A stretch of 64,000 bases of DNA from Bacteroidales bacterium (GTDB lineage Bacteria; Bacteroidota; Bacteroidia; Bacteroidales; UBA932): assembly GCA_017428035.1 (NCBI GenBank), contig JAFRRR010000132.1, positions 1,535 through 65,534 of the forward strand, written 5' to 3'. The notes under the pieces were generated by a model that made no database searches, was not told where the DNA came from, and worked only from the letters and a program-made list of their open reading frames with translations. This document shows, piece after piece, positions 62,766-64,000 of the stretch (its first letter is position 1; each line of letters starts with the position of its first letter). Position numbers and translations under genes: made by a program.

Positions 62766-64000
62766 TTAGTACAGAAGGTTCTTTGTGCCCTCGTTGAACA
62801 CGCCTCCGGTGGGGGTGCGGCGGTCAAACTTGAAATTGAGCTGCAGCCCGTCAGAAGGGTAGAGGCTCAGGCGGTTGATCATATCGTTGCCGTAGCGTTT
62901 CAGCGCAGAAATGAAGTACATACCAATGTCGTAGCCCTGGAATGCGAAGTTGCCGGGCTCGGCATTGTAGGTATCCCTGAAGGCGTTCACAAACTCGCGG
63001 ACGTCTTCGTCTTCATAGTCCACATAGTGTCCCATCACAAAATGGGTGTTGGCGCGCTGGTACATATCGGCGTCGATAGATTCGAACTTGCGGATCTTGT
63101 GGCTGGCGTAGCCGCTGATGTCGTAGGCATCGTTCTTTGCCAGATTGCCCACGCTGCGCAGCGCATCGGCAGCGGAGGACTCCCGCTCGCTGGTGATTAT
63201 CACGTGGTTGCGCCTGCCGGGTATCAGCGCGGTCTGAACGCTCTCTCCACGGCCCAGAGCGGCCTGCACCACGGTGTAGGGGATTTCCAGGGAGTCAAGG
63301 CTGGCTATAATGTCAGAATAGAATTTGCTCTGGATGTCGCCCTTTTCGCACAGCACTATCACATTGTCCTTGCCGGGACGGTAGCCTATGGACTCGGCCA
63401 TCCTCATAGTCTGGGTAGAGGGAGATACCGGGGCGTTGATCAGATAGCGGTGGTTGTAGGTGGCGGCCTCCACTTTCTGGTCCAGCGGCGAAATGAGCGG
63501 TATGTGGCGGGTGTCGCACCAGAGGGCCGGCACCTCCACATTCTCCATAGAGAAGTTGCCGATCAGGAAGTCAAAATCGTCCAGTTTGGACTCTTTCATA
63601 AGCTGCTCGGCGCTGTCAAAGTCGGTCATATCAATCACCTTCAGGTTGATGTTGGTGCCGTCTTTGCGCTGCTGGTCTATGGCGGTGAGCACCCCGGCAT
63701 AAAAGTCCAGGAAGTTGGCGGACGGTGAGGGCAGCTGACTTCCGATGGGGATGATCAGGGCAATGTTGGCAGTGCCGCCGAAAGGCACGAACACCGGCTT
63801 CCAGTTCCAGTCCTGCTCGGGGTCTTCCGGGTCTACTATAGAGACGGAAGACTCGCTCTCACTCTCTTTCTCCTCTTCAAACAACTCGTCTTCAGGCACC
63901 TCTATCATAGTGTTGTCGTCCACTTCGGCGTCCGTTTCGCCGCCAAGGGGAATCCTGAGCACCTGCCCCACGACCAGGGTCTTTGAGTCGAGATTGTTAG
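62766..64000 (-). CDS. LysM-domain protein with a periplasmic-binding-protein-like (type I) C-terminal domain; N-terminus lies beyond the window
   Basis: The frame stays open to 64000. The track's M at 63971 is an internal GTG. Upstream residues ...LDSKTLVVGQVLRIP form a LysM C-terminal signature, followed by an acidic linker and a PBP-like fold. Confidence 0.7.
   Translation of the reverse strand, partial: NNLDSKTLVVGQVLRIPLGGETDAEVDDNTMIEVPEDELFEEEKESESESSVSIVDPEDPEQDWNWKPVFVPFGGTANIALIIPIGSQLPSPSANFLDFYAGVLTAIDQQRKDGTNINLKVIDMTDFDSAEQLMKESKLDDFDFLIGNFSMENVEVPALWCDTRHIPLISPLDQKVEAATYNHRYLINAPVSPSTQTMRMAESIGYRPGKDNVIVLCEKGDIQSKFYSDIIASLDSLEIPYTVVQAALGRGESVQTALIPGRRNHVIITSERESSAADALRSVGNLAKNDAYDISGYASHKIRKFESIDADMYQRANTHFVMGHYVDYEDEDVREFVNAFRDTYNAEPGNFAFQGYDIGMYFISALKRYGNDMINRLSLYPSDGLQLNFKFDRRTPTGGVFNEGTKNLLY

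Noticed and set aside
1-64000. Search for tRNA/rRNA genes, CRISPR arrays, IS elements, integrases and phage or conjugation genes
   Set aside because: Intergenic regions are all shorter than 175 nt and contain no cloverleaf-like or regularly spaced repeat structure. No ORF resembles a transposase, recombinase or structural phage protein. The only repeats seen are the two tandem gene duplications and the TTTCG operator-like arrays.

Overview
Bacteroidales-type chromosomal segment: it has SusC/SusD pairs, many lipobox signal peptides, TAnnTTTG -7 promoter boxes, no Shine-Dalgarno sites, and looks fairly GC-rich by eye. I found no rRNA, tRNA, CRISPR array, transposase or integrase. About 1-40.6 kb holds accessory nutrient-foraging and unknown-function loci. 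(i) A DeoR-controlled divergent locus joins GalNAc/galactosamine catabolic genes (AgaS-like SIS deaminase, GatZ/KbaZ-like protein, PfkB kinase) to SusC plus two tandem SusD genes and exported enzymes (GH36-like, BACON-Cys-phosphatase fusion, GH109-like). (ii) A 14 kb, eight-gene Sus-type operon has no recognisable glycoside hydrolase: SusC, SusD, DUF4843-like, PKD-like lipoprotein, Big_2 lipoprotein, FISUMP-like lipoprotein, HEXXH metalloprotease, and a fusion of a 5'-nucleotidase C-domain with a histidine acid phosphatase. (iii) An orphan lipoprotein pair, one member carrying an internal glycine-zipper and amphipathic-strand segment. (iv) A tightly packed seven-gene minus-strand array: P-loop ATPase, sirtuin, MFS transporter, two lipoproteins, and two tandem paralogous lipoproteins with possible alpha/alpha-toroid motifs. 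About 40.7-64 kb is housekeeping: rplU-rpmA, serS, ruvC, DNA repair genes, rluD, purU, thrB-thrC, priA, trxB, bamD, rpoZ, recN, nagB, an aminopeptidase P and others. The best candidates for undescribed biology are the two exported phosphatase fusions, the hydrolase-less Sus operon, the glycine-zipper lipoprotein pair and the ATPase-sirtuin-MFS-lipoprotein array. All family assignments come from reading motifs by eye and need HMM or structure confirmation.
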